DNA of 43,970 bases from Clostridia bacterium. Lineage in GTDB: Bacteria > Bacillota > Clostridia > Oscillospirales > Acutalibacteraceae. The translations under genes were made by a program, and so were the position numbers. The stretch is from positions 1 to 43,970 of the forward strand of contig JAFOMO010000025.1 of NCBI GenBank assembly GCA_017418905.1, given 5' to 3'. Every line of letters starts with the position of its first letter. The stretch's first letter is position 1. This document shows, piece by piece, positions 8,499 to 17,043 of this stretch. The notes under the pieces were generated by a model that ran no database searches, was not told where the DNA came from, and saw only the letters and a list, made by a program, of their open reading frames with translations.

Positions 8499-10571
8499 TT
8501 ACATCGTTCTCAGTATCTGAGTAATAAGAGCATAATCATTTATAAACAATTCATTTTCATTAGCAAAGATCATAAGATAGCCTATTACTATTGTAATTAT
8601 AAAGATCACAGAAAGAGTTATATAATAACCCGATCTGAATCTGTGTGTCGATCCTGCGGCTATCTCAGCAAGCTTAAATAACACTATAATCGATACTATT
8701 CCCAGCGGCAGAAGAATATCAGAGACATATCTGTAATGAACGCCCGCTTTGCACATATTCAAAAATGCAACTATTATTACGCTTATAAAGAGAGTAAGCG
8801 TAAAATTGGTTTTAAACTTATCCTCTTTTTTCAGAGCGTAAGGCAGAAACAGCGAACCCCACATTACAGGATAATTAAACGCACCCATGCTGTATGCAAG
8901 ATATGTATATCGAGGATAACCCGAAAGAACCGTATTTGGCATATCAAAATAAGGGAATTTTGTTTTAAACTCTAAGGGCTGCAAAAAATAGTGAAATATC
9001 ATAAATGGAATATACCCTACAAGTATTTTATTTGCCTCTGCTGAACTTACCGTGATCTGATAAGTAAAACCAAATTCTAAAGGCGACGAAAAACGAGCAT
9101 AGTTGTATATCATTATCGAAACTGCACCTATCATTACAGGTACACCTATGCTGCAAAGATAAAGTATTTTATGTTTAACACTTATTTCTTTATCTTTCAA
9201 AAGCCACAGCAGAGGAGCGACTGCAGTCATACAATAAACGATCGTTCCGGGGCGTGACGCTGCCATAAGCACCACAAATGCACCTGTTATCACAAAATAC
9301 AACGTCTTTTTAAGAACACTCGTTTCGTAATACGCCTTTATAAGGAAAGCAAGATAACCGGCAACCGCAGTAATAGCAGATATTACTGCTATAAAATAAA
9401 AATACTTATCGGAAGCCAATGCAAATACAGATGAAGAAAGCCATATCACAGGCAAACCTGCTATAACAAAGATAAAAGGCGTATTTTTGCAAAAACGCTT
9501 TATTACCTCGCTGTACAATATGGTCATACATATTACGGCATATATCGCAGAGATAGTGCACGCCAGAACAGAGCCGGCAACCTTATGGGTCACAAGGAAC
9601 ACGGGAAAATATACCGTAAAGACAGGAGCAACACCAAAATATGAATAGAATTTTCCGTTGTAATATGCACGATCCCACTGATCGCCCGTCAGATGCGTAC
9701 TGTCTCTTTCGCTTCTGTCGTATGGATTTTGCATTTGTTCGTATTCCTCGGGAGAAAAGTTTACATTTATATAAAGTCTGCCCTCTTTGAACGATGAAAA
9801 CAATTGCTGATATTGATCCATAGTAACCTCGTTTTCGAGAGGGTATTCGTCAAGCATCGGTTTTTCGGTAACTTTCGAGATAAAAAATGAACTTCCAATC
9901 AATACAAAGCATGCAACCCCTGCCATTGCATATAGTATCAAATGATCTTTTCTGCTGAAATGCCATTTCCACGCTTTTAAAAATATACAGACGCAAGCAG
10001 ATATTAAAAATATCAATCTGATATAGCTTATATGAAAAGCTTGCGGCGAGTTTATCTTTATACTGTCTACTTCCATTGCATAATGATTATCAGAAGGAAA
10101 TCTGACCTCTAATGTACCTATATTTCCGTATGATCTTACATTATAATAGCTTTTAACATTATTACCTACAAAAATTTGCAGATTTGCTTTATTGTAATTA
10201 AGTCCGTCTTCATAAGCAAAATTATCATCAGTATAGGCTATTTCGGGATAATAGTATTCTTCTCCGCCTTGAGAAAACTCTATACAGACGTTATACAAAG
10301 GTACGTTTACATTCTCGAATCTAATCGTACCTTTGTTTATTTTCGCTCTCGGCTTATCGGTATACCTTACTTGAATATCATCAGAGTAATGTGCGAAGCT
10401 CAGATCCAAATCACATTCTTTGACATGAGAAAACATCATTGCAATAGCTGTATAGTTTGAGATGCAGATCTCGACAATTATACACAACACAAGCGACAAT
10501 ACAAGCCTCATCTTTCTGTTTTTCAGTACATCGGACAGCTTATCGAATGATTTTTTTGTTGATTCTTTCAT
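8499..10571 (-). CDS. large polytopic membrane protein, possibly a GT-C-fold glycosyltransferase (function uncertain)
   Basis: About 690 aa. Layout is one N-terminal TM, a roughly 150-aa extracytoplasmic beta-rich domain, then at least 10 TM helices. A long loop reads YDRSERD...WDRAYYNGKFYSYFGVAP, which resembles ArnT/PMT-like loops. I moved the start from the TTG at 10604 to ATG 10571 (MKESTKK), preceded by AAGGGGA. Confidence 0.55.
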   Translation of the reverse strand: MKESTKKSFDKLSDVLKNRKMRLVLSLVLCIIVEICISNYTAIAMMFSHVKECDLDLSFAHYSDDIQVRYTDKPRAKINKGTIRFENVNVPLYNVCIEFSQGGEEYYYPEIAYTDDNFAYEDGLNYNKANLQIFVGNNVKSYYNVRSYGNIGTLEVRFPSDNHYAMEVDSIKINSPQAFHISYIRLIFLISACVCIFLKAWKWHFSRKDHLILYAMAGVACFVLIGSSFFISKVTEKPMLDEYPLENEVTMDQYQQLFSSFKEGRLYINVNFSPEEYEQMQNPYDRSERDSTHLTGDQWDRAYYNGKFYSYFGVAPVFTVYFPVFLVTHKVAGSVLACTISAIYAVICMTILYSEVIKRFCKNTPFIFVIAGLPVIWLSSSVFALASDKYFYFIAVISAITAVAGYLAFLIKAYYETSVLKKTLYFVITGAFVVLMAASRPGTIVYCMTAVAPLLWLLKDKEISVKHKILYLCSIGVPVMIGAVSIMIYNYARFSSPLEFGFTYQITVSSAEANKILVGYIPFMIFHYFLQPLEFKTKFPYFDMPNTVLSGYPRYTYLAYSMGAFNYPVMWGSLFLPYALKKEDKFKTNFTLTLFISVIIVAFLNMCKAGVHYRYVSDILLPLGIVSIIVLFKLAEIAAGSTHRFRSGYYITLSVIFIITIVIGYLMIFANENELFINDYALITQILRTM

Positions 10572-10595
10572 TTGTGATCCCCTTTTTATTATTGT

Positions 10596-10739
10596 TTTCT
10601 GCAATTCAAGCGAAGAATAATTTGTTCTGTATTAGGCACAATACCGCAGGAATACTGACGTATTTCAAGGTATTGTAACGACACACAGGGCAAATTAGGC
10701 GAGCATGAAAGTGCAAGTTATTTCTTGACGATTCCTTAG
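10596..10739 (+). repeat. intergenic structured repeat, copy A (family 1, 5'-truncated), sense strand +
   Basis: Positions 10601-10739 are the reverse complement of 36785-36923 with 134/139 identical bases. The copy contains the shared core CGCAGGAATACTGACGTATTTCAAGG (10645-10670) inside the hairpin 10637-10677. Confidence 0.85.
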
Positions 10740-10769
10740 TTCCTTTTTGCAGTAAAATACCTCAGAGTA

Positions 10770-10798
10770 TTGAAATAATTGGAACTATGTGTTAAAAT
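10770..10798 (+). promoter_or_regulatory. sigma-A-type promoter for the SulP transporter gene
   Basis: TTGAAA (10770-10775), 17 nt ending in TGT, TAAAAT (10793-10798). The ATG is 33 nt downstream. Confidence 0.4.
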
Positions 10799-10830
10799 TA
10801 TTAAAAATCACTAAGAAATTAGGTGCAATT

Positions 10831-12834
10831 ATGCTGAAAGGTCTTAAAACTTGCAAAACAAGCAATCTGAAAAATGATATTATCAGCGGTATAATTATTG
10901 CTCTCGTATCTATTCCCATATCTATGGGATATGCTCAGATAGCCGGTCTGCCTGCTCAATACGGATTATACGGTTCTGTTATACCTGTCTTGATGTTTGC
11001 TGTATTCTCGTCATCTCCGCAATACATATTCGGCGTTGACGCAGCCCCTGCTGCACTTGCGGGCGGTACGCTTGTTTCTATGGGTATTACTTTTGAGTCG
11101 CCGCAGGCAATTGAGTTTGTACCTTTAATAACATTTTTTACGGGTATATGGCTTTTGCTGTTTACTCTTCTCAGATTCGGCACGCTCACCCAATTTGTTT
11201 CTTCACCTGTAATGGGCGGCTTTATCAGTGGAATATGCGCAACGATTATACTGATGCAAACACCGAAGCTTTTCGGCGGCGGTGCAGGTATCGGAGAGCT
11301 TTTTGAGCTTATCGCTCACATTATAGCAGAATTAAAAAATAATTTCAACTTTTTGTCGCTTGTAGTATCAGTTTTTTGTATTTTTATCATTCAGCTTTTC
11401 AAAAAAATAACGCCGAAACTTCCCGTATCGGCATTTGTAATGGTTTTAGGCGCATTATTTCAGCTGATCTTTGACTACTGTGGCAAATGGAACATAAAAA
11501 CACTTACTGCAGTTTCTAAGGGTATAATTGCCCCTTCTCTTCCGACTGTGAAATACGAATATATATTGACTGCACTGTTATCTTCATTTTCAATAGCTGT
11601 TGTTATAGGCTCGGAAACACTGCTTGCAGAAAAAAACTTCGCTCAGAAAAACGGATACAAAATAGATGACAACAGCGAGCTGTTAGCTTTTTCGGTGTGT
11701 AATATATCAGCCGCATTTTTTGGTGTATGCCCCGTAAACGGCAGTGTATCGAGAACCTCAATGAACGATCAGTTCGGTGGAAAAAGTCAAATAACATCAA
11801 TCACTGCAGCACTTGTAATGACTGCTATACTTTACTTTACAACGGGATTTATTAGCTTTCTGCCTGTTCCCGTATTGACCTCTATCGTTGTATGCGCACT
11901 ATGGAGCGGTACTGAGTTTCATCTTGCAAAGAAGCTGTTTAAAAGCAGCCGAAAGGAGTTCTTCATCTTCTGCGCCGCATTTATCGGCGTTCTGATATTT
12001 GGAACTATCTACGGCGTATTAATCGGAGTTATACTTTCGTTTTTCAATATTGTTATTCGAGAAAGCAAGCCGTCTACCGCATTTCTGGGAGTAATACCGG
12101 GAAGAAATCATTTTTATAATCTCAAAACCTACGCAAAATCAAGACCTATAAAAAATGCTGTAATATACCGCTTTAAGGGCAATCTGTTTTTTGCTAATAT
12201 AGATATTTTCAGAGAAGAAATAGAACAAGCTATTCAAAGCGATACAAAATACTTTATCGTCGACGCAAGCGGAATAAGCAGTATAGACTCTACCGCAGCA
12301 CAAGCATTAGACAGTATGTACAGAGATCTGTCTGAGAAGGGTATAAAATTCTTTTTGGTAGAACATATTGCAAAGGTAAACGAAGAAATAAGAAACTACG
12401 GTTTCGGGCATATTATCGAGAGCGGCGGTGTTCGCATAACCATTACAGACGCTCTGAGCGCAGTTGGACTTAACAGACCTTTTCCATTATGCAACAAATA
12501 TAATAATTCCGAGGTAAATGAAGATACGGCGATTATACAGGAATTTGAATGGGCATTCGGCAAAGACGCTCGTCACTACATCGACATTTATACGGAAAAG
12601 ATACTGCGAAACGCAAAAGCAATTAATCCGAAAGCAGGTAATGCAGATGAAGATTTTGCCCATTTATGGGACGGCATATCTCCTATCAGCGATCATATCC
12701 TGCTTGATTACATAGAGGGCAAAACTCACGAGTTATCAGAGAAGTATGAAATAGACGAAAATATTATACGTCTTATTCTCAAGAAACACCGCAGTGATCT
12801 TGTAGAGAGTGGATACAAAGAAAACGCTAATTGA
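10831..12834 (+). CDS. SulP-family anion transporter with STAS domain and an extra roughly 120-aa C-terminal extension
   Basis: The SulP membrane core (PISMGYAQIAGLP, GVDAAPAALA, multiple TM helices) is followed by a STAS-like block (VIYRFKGNLFFANIDIF...IVDASGISSIDSTAAQAL). I moved the start to ATG 10831, with AGGTG 5 nt upstream. Confidence 0.85.
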   Translation: MLKGLKTCKTSNLKNDIISGIIIALVSIPISMGYAQIAGLPAQYGLYGSVIPVLMFAVFSSSPQYIFGVDAAPAALAGGTLVSMGITFESPQAIEFVPLITFFTGIWLLLFTLLRFGTLTQFVSSPVMGGFISGICATIILMQTPKLFGGGAGIGELFELIAHIIAELKNNFNFLSLVVSVFCIFIIQLFKKITPKLPVSAFVMVLGALFQLIFDYCGKWNIKTLTAVSKGIIAPSLPTVKYEYILTALLSSFSIAVVIGSETLLAEKNFAQKNGYKIDDNSELLAFSVCNISAAFFGVCPVNGSVSRTSMNDQFGGKSQITSITAALVMTAILYFTTGFISFLPVPVLTSIVVCALWSGTEFHLAKKLFKSSRKEFFIFCAAFIGVLIFGTIYGVLIGVILSFFNIVIRESKPSTAFLGVIPGRNHFYNLKTYAKSRPIKNAVIYRFKGNLFFANIDIFREEIEQAIQSDTKYFIVDASGISSIDSTAAQALDSMYRDLSEKGIKFFLVEHIAKVNEEIRNYGFGHIIESGGVRITITDALSAVGLNRPFPLCNKYNNSEVNEDTAIIQEFEWAFGKDARHYIDIYTEKILRNAKAINPKAGNADEDFAHLWDGISPISDHILLDYIEGKTHELSEKYEIDENIIRLILKKHRSDLVESGYKENAN

Positions 12835-13363
12835 TCTTATACGTTTTAATGAAATTCTTTGGTTCAATTCCTCGTTTTATACATTCAAGAAATATCTTTG
12901 CACAAGCTATGCTGTCACTGTCTGCTTTGTGATGATCCAATTCAATATTCAGGTAATCGCAAAGAATATTCAGCTTATGATTTTCAAGCGTTGGAAAGCA
13001 TTTTTTGCTCATACGAACAGTACAGGCGTAATCAAAATCTGATATATCTTTAATGTTATATGCATTTATACATTTTGCGAGTACACCCATATCAAATGTG
13101 GCATTGTGGGCTATCAGAATTCCATTTTTAAAAATAGGCTCAAGCTCTTTCCACACTGCCTTGAAATTTGGAGAATTTTTTACCTTTTCTTTGTTGATCC
13201 CTGTAAGCTCGATATTGAATGAAGAAAAATATGTTTCGGGGTTTACAAGAGATGAATATGTATCAACTATTTTTCCGTTTTCTATAATTGCCGCTCCTAT
13301 TGAGCTTATACGATCGTTTCTGGCGTTTGGTGTTTCTACATCAAACGCTATATATCTTTTCAT
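12827..13363 (-). CDS. stand-alone DEDDh 3'-5' exonuclease, PolC-exo/DnaQ-like
   Basis: ExoI FDVET, ExoII AHNATFDMGVL, ExoIII HHKADSDSIA. The block NHKLNILCDYLNIELDHH is colinear with the PolC exonuclease domain. The start overlaps the upstream stop (ATGA at 13360-13363). Confidence 0.8.
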   Translation of the reverse strand: MKRYIAFDVETPNARNDRISSIGAAIIENGKIVDTYSSLVNPETYFSSFNIELTGINKEKVKNSPNFKAVWKELEPIFKNGILIAHNATFDMGVLAKCINAYNIKDISDFDYACTVRMSKKCFPTLENHKLNILCDYLNIELDHHKADSDSIACAKIFLECIKRGIEPKNFIKTYKIN

Positions 13364-15942
13364 TTAAGATTCCTCTTTTCTTTGTTTTCAGATAGTATAG
13401 TCATTATACTTGCTTCGGCAGTTCTAACCTCTGACAGAAACGTCTGTGAAGGTACTCTCAATGCACCGCTTCCAAGTATTATCAGCTGTTCCATACCGTC
13501 TGATGTGACTACTCTTACCCTATTGTTCTTTGCGAGCTTATAAGCGGCTTTTTCAATGTATGTATCTGCTGTTTCGGCTTCTTTTGTATACACTATCGTT
13601 ATTCCGCCTATACGTTCTGTTTCGCCCTTGCCGCCCTTGACCTTATATGCGTCAAACACAAGTATGAGTCTGCACCCCTTATACCCCTGATAATTGCAAA
13701 GTATGTCAATAAGTCTGTCTCTTGCGGAAGAAATATCTGCTCTGGCAAGACTTTTCAACTCTTCCCAAGAAAAGATCACGTTGTAGCCGTCTACAAGAAG
13801 ATAGTCGTTACCGTCAAAGCCCGATTTTCCCGGACGCTTGTATTTCTCGAAATTTTCCGACTGATACTTCTTTGCGGAAACAGCGGTATTTTTCGGTTTT
13901 ACAGCACCGTATGTTCTCTCGAATATTTGCATTAATTCTTTATCTGAAGCTTGCGGTCGGCTTTTGTATTCGGACTCAATATTATCCTCTGCAACTTCAT
14001 CGCCGTTTTCTTTCAGTACATAGTCAAGGTGCATATACTTCTCGGTTTCCTGCCAATTTACGGTAAACCCTGCACCGTGAGAACAAAACACCGAGTCGGC
14101 AGTGTTTTCTATATCGCTGTCGGGATCATAACCGATATTCTCTATAACTTCGTCTGAATTATGACAAGGCTCATAACCGTTGAGTATGCACATAAGTCTG
14201 CCCTTGCCCTTGGTATACTTCAACACCTCACTGTGATAATTCCTCATACAATAAACAGGAGCTTTTCCTGTCAATACGGAAATATCACCTTTAATTACAG
14301 GGGGCTCAAAGCTTCCGTACATCTTCTGAATATCAGACATTGCTCTTCCTGTATTTTCCGAGGGTACTTCAAGGGTAAACTCATACACCGGCTCTAACAG
14401 AACGCTTTCAGCTTTTCTCAATCCGTGACGAACTGCACGATATACCGCCTGTCTGAAATCTCCTCCTTCGGTGTGCTTTAAGTGAGCTTTTCCCGTAAGG
14501 AGCGTTATTTCTATATCGGTAACCGGCGAACCTGTCAATACGCCCTTATGCGTTCTCTCGCTGATGTTTGTAAGAATAAGCCTTTGCCAGTTTCTGTTTA
14601 GAACATCTTCACTGCAAATGGAATTTATTATAATTCCACTATCTTTTTTACCCGGTTTAAGCCTTAAATGCACCTCGGCATAATGACGGAGCGGCTCAAA
14701 ATGACCTACTCCCTCTACTGTTGAAGCGATCGTTTCTTTATATATAATATTGCCTTGTCCGAAAGCAACTGAAATTCCGAACTTATCTTTAATAAGTGCT
14801 TTCAAGACTTCAAGCTGTATTTCTCCCATTAGCTGAATCTGTATCTCTCCTAAGGTATCGTTCCACAATACATTTAACATAGGGTCTTGATGTTCGAGTA
14901 TTCTGAGCTTATCGAGCAGCTTATGAGAATCCACTCCCTGAGGCGGTATGATCCGATATGTCAAAACAGGCGATAATACAGGCAAAGACGAGTCGTTTTC
15001 AATTCCAAGACCCTCTCCCGAACGTGCGCCCGTAATTCCTGTTACAGCACAGATAGTGCCTGCGTCTGCGGATTCCGTCCGGGTATACTTATTACCCGAA
15101 TATATGCGTATCTGATTTACCTTTTCACCTTCAGGGCTGTTTTTGGTTTTAAGTATTTGCCGAACTTGCAGACTGCCGCCTGTTATCTTCATAAATGTTA
15201 AAGGGGCGTTTTGTTCGTCCTGCGATATTTTATAGACCTTTGCGCCGAACTCAGAGGGATAATCGGGCATTTTTGTATATTTACAGAGAATATTTACAAG
15301 TGTATCTATACCCTCAAATTTCAGTGCAGAACCAAAAACACAGGGAAATACTCCTCTTTTTGATATTTCTTCGGTGATAGTATTTGAACCCACTGTAAAA
15401 TTTTCGTTATACTCTTCAAACAGATCATCACTGCACAAGGCTATATTTTCGAAGAAAATATAGCTGTTATCATTTGTAAAATCTACAATGTTGTCGCTTA
15501 AATTAAACTTTAAGCTGCCCAATACTGTATTGTTATCTTTATCTGTAAGATCCATTTTGTTTACGAACAGAAAACAAGGAATATTATACTTTTTCAATAA
15601 TTTCCAAAGAGTGGAAGTATGACTTTGAACGCCTTCTGTTCCGCTTATTACAAGAACGGCATAATCAAGCACTTGAAGTGTTCGCTCGGTTTCGGCAGAA
15701 AAATCAATATGTCCCGGAGTATCGACAAGTGTTATTTCGGTATCATCATATTTTAAAACGGCTTGTTTTGAGAATATTGTTATGCCCCTTTTCCGTTCAA
15801 GCTCATAATTATCTAAAAAAGATGTTCCGTGATCTACTCTTCCAAGCTTGTTGATACTGCCGCTGCTGTATAATAATGCCTCTGATAATGTCGTTTTGCC
15901 TGAGTCAACGTGTGCAAGTATTCCTACCGATATTCTTTTCAT
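13360..15942 (-). CDS. Tet(M)/EF-G-like translational GTPase fused to a C-terminal Rae1/YacP-type NYN ribonuclease domain
   Basis: G1 AHVDSGKT, G3 DTPGH, G4 NKMD, with colinearity to ribosomal-protection/EF-G-type factors over about 640 aa. Residues 713-860 (nt 13363-13806) read DYLLVDGYNVIF..LVFDAYKVKG..YTKEAETADTYIEKAA..VVTSDGMEQLIILGSGALRV, which matches YacP/Rae1. Confidence 0.85.
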   Translation of the reverse strand: MKRISVGILAHVDSGKTTLSEALLYSSGSINKLGRVDHGTSFLDNYELERKRGITIFSKQAVLKYDDTEITLVDTPGHIDFSAETERTLQVLDYAVLVISGTEGVQSHTSTLWKLLKKYNIPCFLFVNKMDLTDKDNNTVLGSLKFNLSDNIVDFTNDNSYIFFENIALCSDDLFEEYNENFTVGSNTITEEISKRGVFPCVFGSALKFEGIDTLVNILCKYTKMPDYPSEFGAKVYKISQDEQNAPLTFMKITGGSLQVRQILKTKNSPEGEKVNQIRIYSGNKYTRTESADAGTICAVTGITGARSGEGLGIENDSSLPVLSPVLTYRIIPPQGVDSHKLLDKLRILEHQDPMLNVLWNDTLGEIQIQLMGEIQLEVLKALIKDKFGISVAFGQGNIIYKETIASTVEGVGHFEPLRHYAEVHLRLKPGKKDSGIIINSICSEDVLNRNWQRLILTNISERTHKGVLTGSPVTDIEITLLTGKAHLKHTEGGDFRQAVYRAVRHGLRKAESVLLEPVYEFTLEVPSENTGRAMSDIQKMYGSFEPPVIKGDISVLTGKAPVYCMRNYHSEVLKYTKGKGRLMCILNGYEPCHNSDEVIENIGYDPDSDIENTADSVFCSHGAGFTVNWQETEKYMHLDYVLKENGDEVAEDNIESEYKSRPQASDKELMQIFERTYGAVKPKNTAVSAKKYQSENFEKYKRPGKSGFDGNDYLLVDGYNVIFSWEELKSLARADISSARDRLIDILCNYQGYKGCRLILVFDAYKVKGGKGETERIGGITIVYTKEAETADTYIEKAAYKLAKNNRVRVVTSDGMEQLIILGSGALRVPSQTFLSEVRTAEASIMTILSENKEKRNLK

Positions 15943-16030
15943 TTTTAAATGCCCCTATCAAAGTAATAGAATTATTGTATCATAATATCGGGAATAATTC
16001 ATTGATTTTTTATGAATACATAATACCGCT

Positions 16031-16173
16031 CTCAAATTAAAATCTTTAAGTCTTTTCGGTCTAATTTCCGCAATACATCGTCATCGACCTTGAAATACGA
16101 CAGTATTCCTGCAGTCTCTTCCTCGTCTTGCGAAAATTATACTCGAAAATGCTTATAAAGCTTTTAATCTGAG
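16031..16173 (-). repeat. intergenic structured repeat, copy C (family 2), sense strand -
   Basis: About 85% identical to 37089-37232. Terminal inverted arms are 16031-16058 and 16144-16173. The shared core lies at 16088-16114 inside the hairpin 16069-16132. Confidence 0.8.
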
Positions 16174-16181
16174 ATCAGTAT

Positions 16182-16220
16182 AAAAACAGCTCCGTTTTTG
16201 AGGAACGGAGTTGTTTTGTT
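16182..16220. terminator. bidirectional intrinsic terminator after the HAD hydrolase gene
   Basis: Stem CTCCGTT / AACGGAG (16190-16196 / 16204-16210), flanked by an A-run and TTGTTTTGTT. Confidence 0.55.
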
Positions 16221-17031
16221 ATAGCATATATTTATCAACTATATCGGCTATACCGTCATTCTCGCTGCTGCCTGCAATAACATCAGCTATAGATTTTACC
16301 TCTTCTTCACCATTTTCCATACATACTCCCAGACCTGCATATTTTATCATACTTATATCATTAAAGCTGTCGCCGCATGCAATTATATGTTCTCTGTTAA
16401 ATCCTGCATGTTTTGCAAGAAATGAAAGTCCGAAGCCTTTATTGATACCGTATGGCATTAACTCCAGAAAAAAAGGACAGCTTTTAAAAACATCAAGAAC
16501 GCCTTTGTATTTTTCCTCAATTATCCTTTTATAGCGATCAATAAGGCTCGGCTCCCCGGTAAGCAGTATTTTGTTAATATCGAATGATACATAGTCGATA
16601 AATTTATTGACTATTTTATAAGGCAACCCGATAATATCAACTTCTATTTGTGAATACTCATTAAATTTATCGTTTAATACTATCGTATTATTTTCATATG
16701 TTATTACAGTAATGTCATCACCTGACACACAATCACAAACTTGATTGAGATATTCTCTCGGAAAATAAGCCTCAAATAATACCGTATTATCGTAAGCGTT
16801 TATTATTCTGCCGCCATTGAATGACATAATATATCCGCCGTACTTTGCAAGCTGCAATTCATCTGCATAACGCTGCATTGCGCTGTTATGCCTGCCCGAG
16901 GCAAGAATTACTTTCTTTCCTCTTTTCTGAGCTTCGATAAGAGCATTTCTTGTACGCTTGGTTATCTCTTTTTTGCTGTTGGTAAGAGTACCGTCAATAT
17001 CGAGAGCAATTACGTCATAGCTCATATACAT
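16219..17031 (-). CDS. Cof-type HAD-IIB family phosphatase
   Basis: Motif I DIDGTL, motif II ASGR, motif IV GDSFNDISM. 270 aa. Confidence 0.8.
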   Translation of the reverse strand: MYMSYDVIALDIDGTLTNSKKEITKRTRNALIEAQKRGKKVILASGRHNSAMQRYADELQLAKYGGYIMSFNGGRIINAYDNTVLFEAYFPREYLNQVCDCVSGDDITVITYENNTIVLNDKFNEYSQIEVDIIGLPYKIVNKFIDYVSFDINKILLTGEPSLIDRYKRIIEEKYKGVLDVFKSCPFFLELMPYGINKGFGLSFLAKHAGFNREHIIACGDSFNDISMIKYAGLGVCMENGEEEVKSIADVIAGSSENDGIADIVDKYML

Positions 17032-17043
17032 ATGCTCCCTATA

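Noticed and set aside
10457-10678. The repeat core translates in its sense frame to a conserved peptide: TAGILTYFKVL* in copies A and B, (T/D)AGIL(S/T)YFK.DDDVLRKLD... in C and D, and IAGILTYVK in E. The track lists a 73-aa ORF running into copy A.
   Set aside because: In copies C and D an in-frame TAA lies a few codons upstream and there is no start codon or ribosome-binding site. The ORF at copy A is antisense to the 5' end of a real gene. Conservation is explained better by the hairpin, given the compensatory and G-U-compatible changes. I treat it as non-coding.
13360-15942. Possible tetracycline-resistance ribosomal protection gene of the tet(M)/tet(O) type on a mobile element.
   Set aside because: The similarity is at family level only. 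No conjugative-transposon, integrase or leader-peptide context is present. The protein carries an extra NYN nuclease domain. A resistance call is not supportable from the sequence.
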